Translations under genes and position numbers: made by a program | Assembly (NCBI GenBank): GCA_973895155.1 | Contig: OZ316898.1 | Location: 13,794,330 to 13,858,329 of the forward strand | Direction of reading: 5' to 3' | Length of the DNA stretch: 64,000 nucleotides | Source: Marsupella aquatica | Taxonomy: Eukaryota; Plantae; Marchantiophyta | Part shown: positions 62,598-64,000 of the stretch, piece by piece | Numbering within the stretch: position 1 is the first letter of the stretch | Layout: each line of letters opens with the position of its first letter | Notes under the pieces: model-generated | What the model was told of the DNA's origin: nothing | The model's database searches: none | Seen by the model: only the letters and a program-made list of their open reading frames with translations

Positions 62598-64000
62598 ATG
62601 TGTTGCACTGTAGTGACCAAAAATGTCTTTTCCAGTAAGTGGCTAAAATGGTGGGCTAGGATGTCTTACTTAGGGTTTTGATTAGGCTTACACGGCTTTA
62701 CACTCTTGTACCTTATTGGGACACTACCCAGCTTATTTGTTTTATTTGGACTTATTAGTAAATATTTATGGACCCCACTAGAGGTGTGGTAAGCGTTTTA
62801 GATGAAACTTGTATAAAACGTATCTTAGAAACTCGAGTTTATTCCCGTAGGAAATAAAGGAAATCAACTTATGATATTATTAAGGTCTTTGAGATCTTTA
62901 GAAGTCTCTTCCCTTACACAACTACTATATCTCACTCAAAATATTTATGATCAATCGTTTTAATATGGAAACTCTCAGATTATTGCTCCTTCTCAATAGA
63001 AGTTTGATTTTCGTTCCATTCCTAAATTCCTTATACTCAACAGAGATCGGCTTTACATTAGGGATTTCACTACAATTCTCTAAACTCTAGATTTCAGAAC
63101 TTTACTCATATTTTTCCATACAAAACCAAAGAAAAGTTTTCTTAAAATGTATTCATTCATTCCAAGGTTTACAAGAAAGACACGAGGAAATCATGAATAA
63201 CAGTAGAATTTGGGTGGTGCATTTTCTCATTTCTGCGATTATTCCTCCTAAGCCCAACCTAGCATGAGGAAAAGACCCAAACTAGTTACAAATCGTTTCT
63301 AGAGAATTAAAATGACAAGGCAATTTTGCCTGGGAGTTCAATTGTAATACTCCCTCACAAATCAAAGAGATTTGAAAAGGTTACTAAAACTACCTCCTAA
63401 CTAACTATTAATTGAAGATCTGAAGAGTTGAGTAGTTCCAACTACTTTCTAAGCTAAGACTCCTAATGATGGCTAAACTAGTTTAACTAAGCTAAATTCT
63501 ATCTAATGAGCTCAATCTAGGAAAAGGGAGAGAACAAATGGTTTGAAAAATTGAACCACAATTCAACTTAAAACGCCTGAGCGATGCTTCCGATATAAAA
63601 GCAATTGTCGATTAAAAAGGATCCTTCAATGTGAAAGCAGTTTTAGAGCTTTAACTCCTTCATCTTCTTTAAATAATTTCATTTGTTGCTTAAAAGGTTT
63701 CAAAAGTTTTGAAAAATGTAGATTGAATACTCCTTTAGAACACTTCCTCAAAAAGGGCTTTCCACATAATCCACTCCTTAAATGTGAAGCGACCCCGCCA
63801 ACAGTAAGTCTCAAAAAAGTTTTCTTCAGTAAAAATATTTCAGGTGAAAATTGCTAAAGATGATAACATTTCTTACTCAGAGAAATCAATAATGAACAGA
63901 TTGAACTTGAGGACTTCAGGTCTGAATTTGAACTTGGTTTGACTTGTGAAGAAAGAATTAACTTGGATGTGATTCAGTGAGGCTTTTCAAGTTTGATTAA

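Overview
Eukaryotic nuclear DNA from a land plant. Evidence: TTTAGGG-type telomere motifs, GT-AG introns, a plastid 23S rRNA scrap and an iMet-primed copia element. A non-seed plant is suspected but is inference only. Host genes: a 6-coding-exon Agenet/plant-Tudor gene (+, 16188-20454), a convergent 5-exon gene of unknown function with a 31-nt micro-exon and 16-aa repeats (-, 23182-26148), and an intronless F-box gene (+, 44669-45970). Most of the rest is transposon-derived. It includes a decayed CRE-like non-LTR retrotransposon with RT and a restriction-like endonuclease (3.9-6.5 kb), a second divergent CRE-like 3' fragment (50.9-51.5 kb), a full-length but mutated Ty1/copia element (7444-13456, 308-bp LTRs, TSD ATATA), a 2.6-kb gypsy-type solo LTR, a copia solo LTR, MITEs, a hairpin-bearing tandem array and many short local duplications. 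The most unusual object is a 4,700-bp insertion (52786-57485). It has retroviral-style TG...CA ends and a 5-bp TSD, but no LTR pair, PBS, gag or pol. About 78% of it is one ancestral ~1,230-codon ORF (transposon accessory-type domain plus long coiled coil), which suggests a giant solo LTR carrying its own gene. All assignments were made by eye; no database searches were run.
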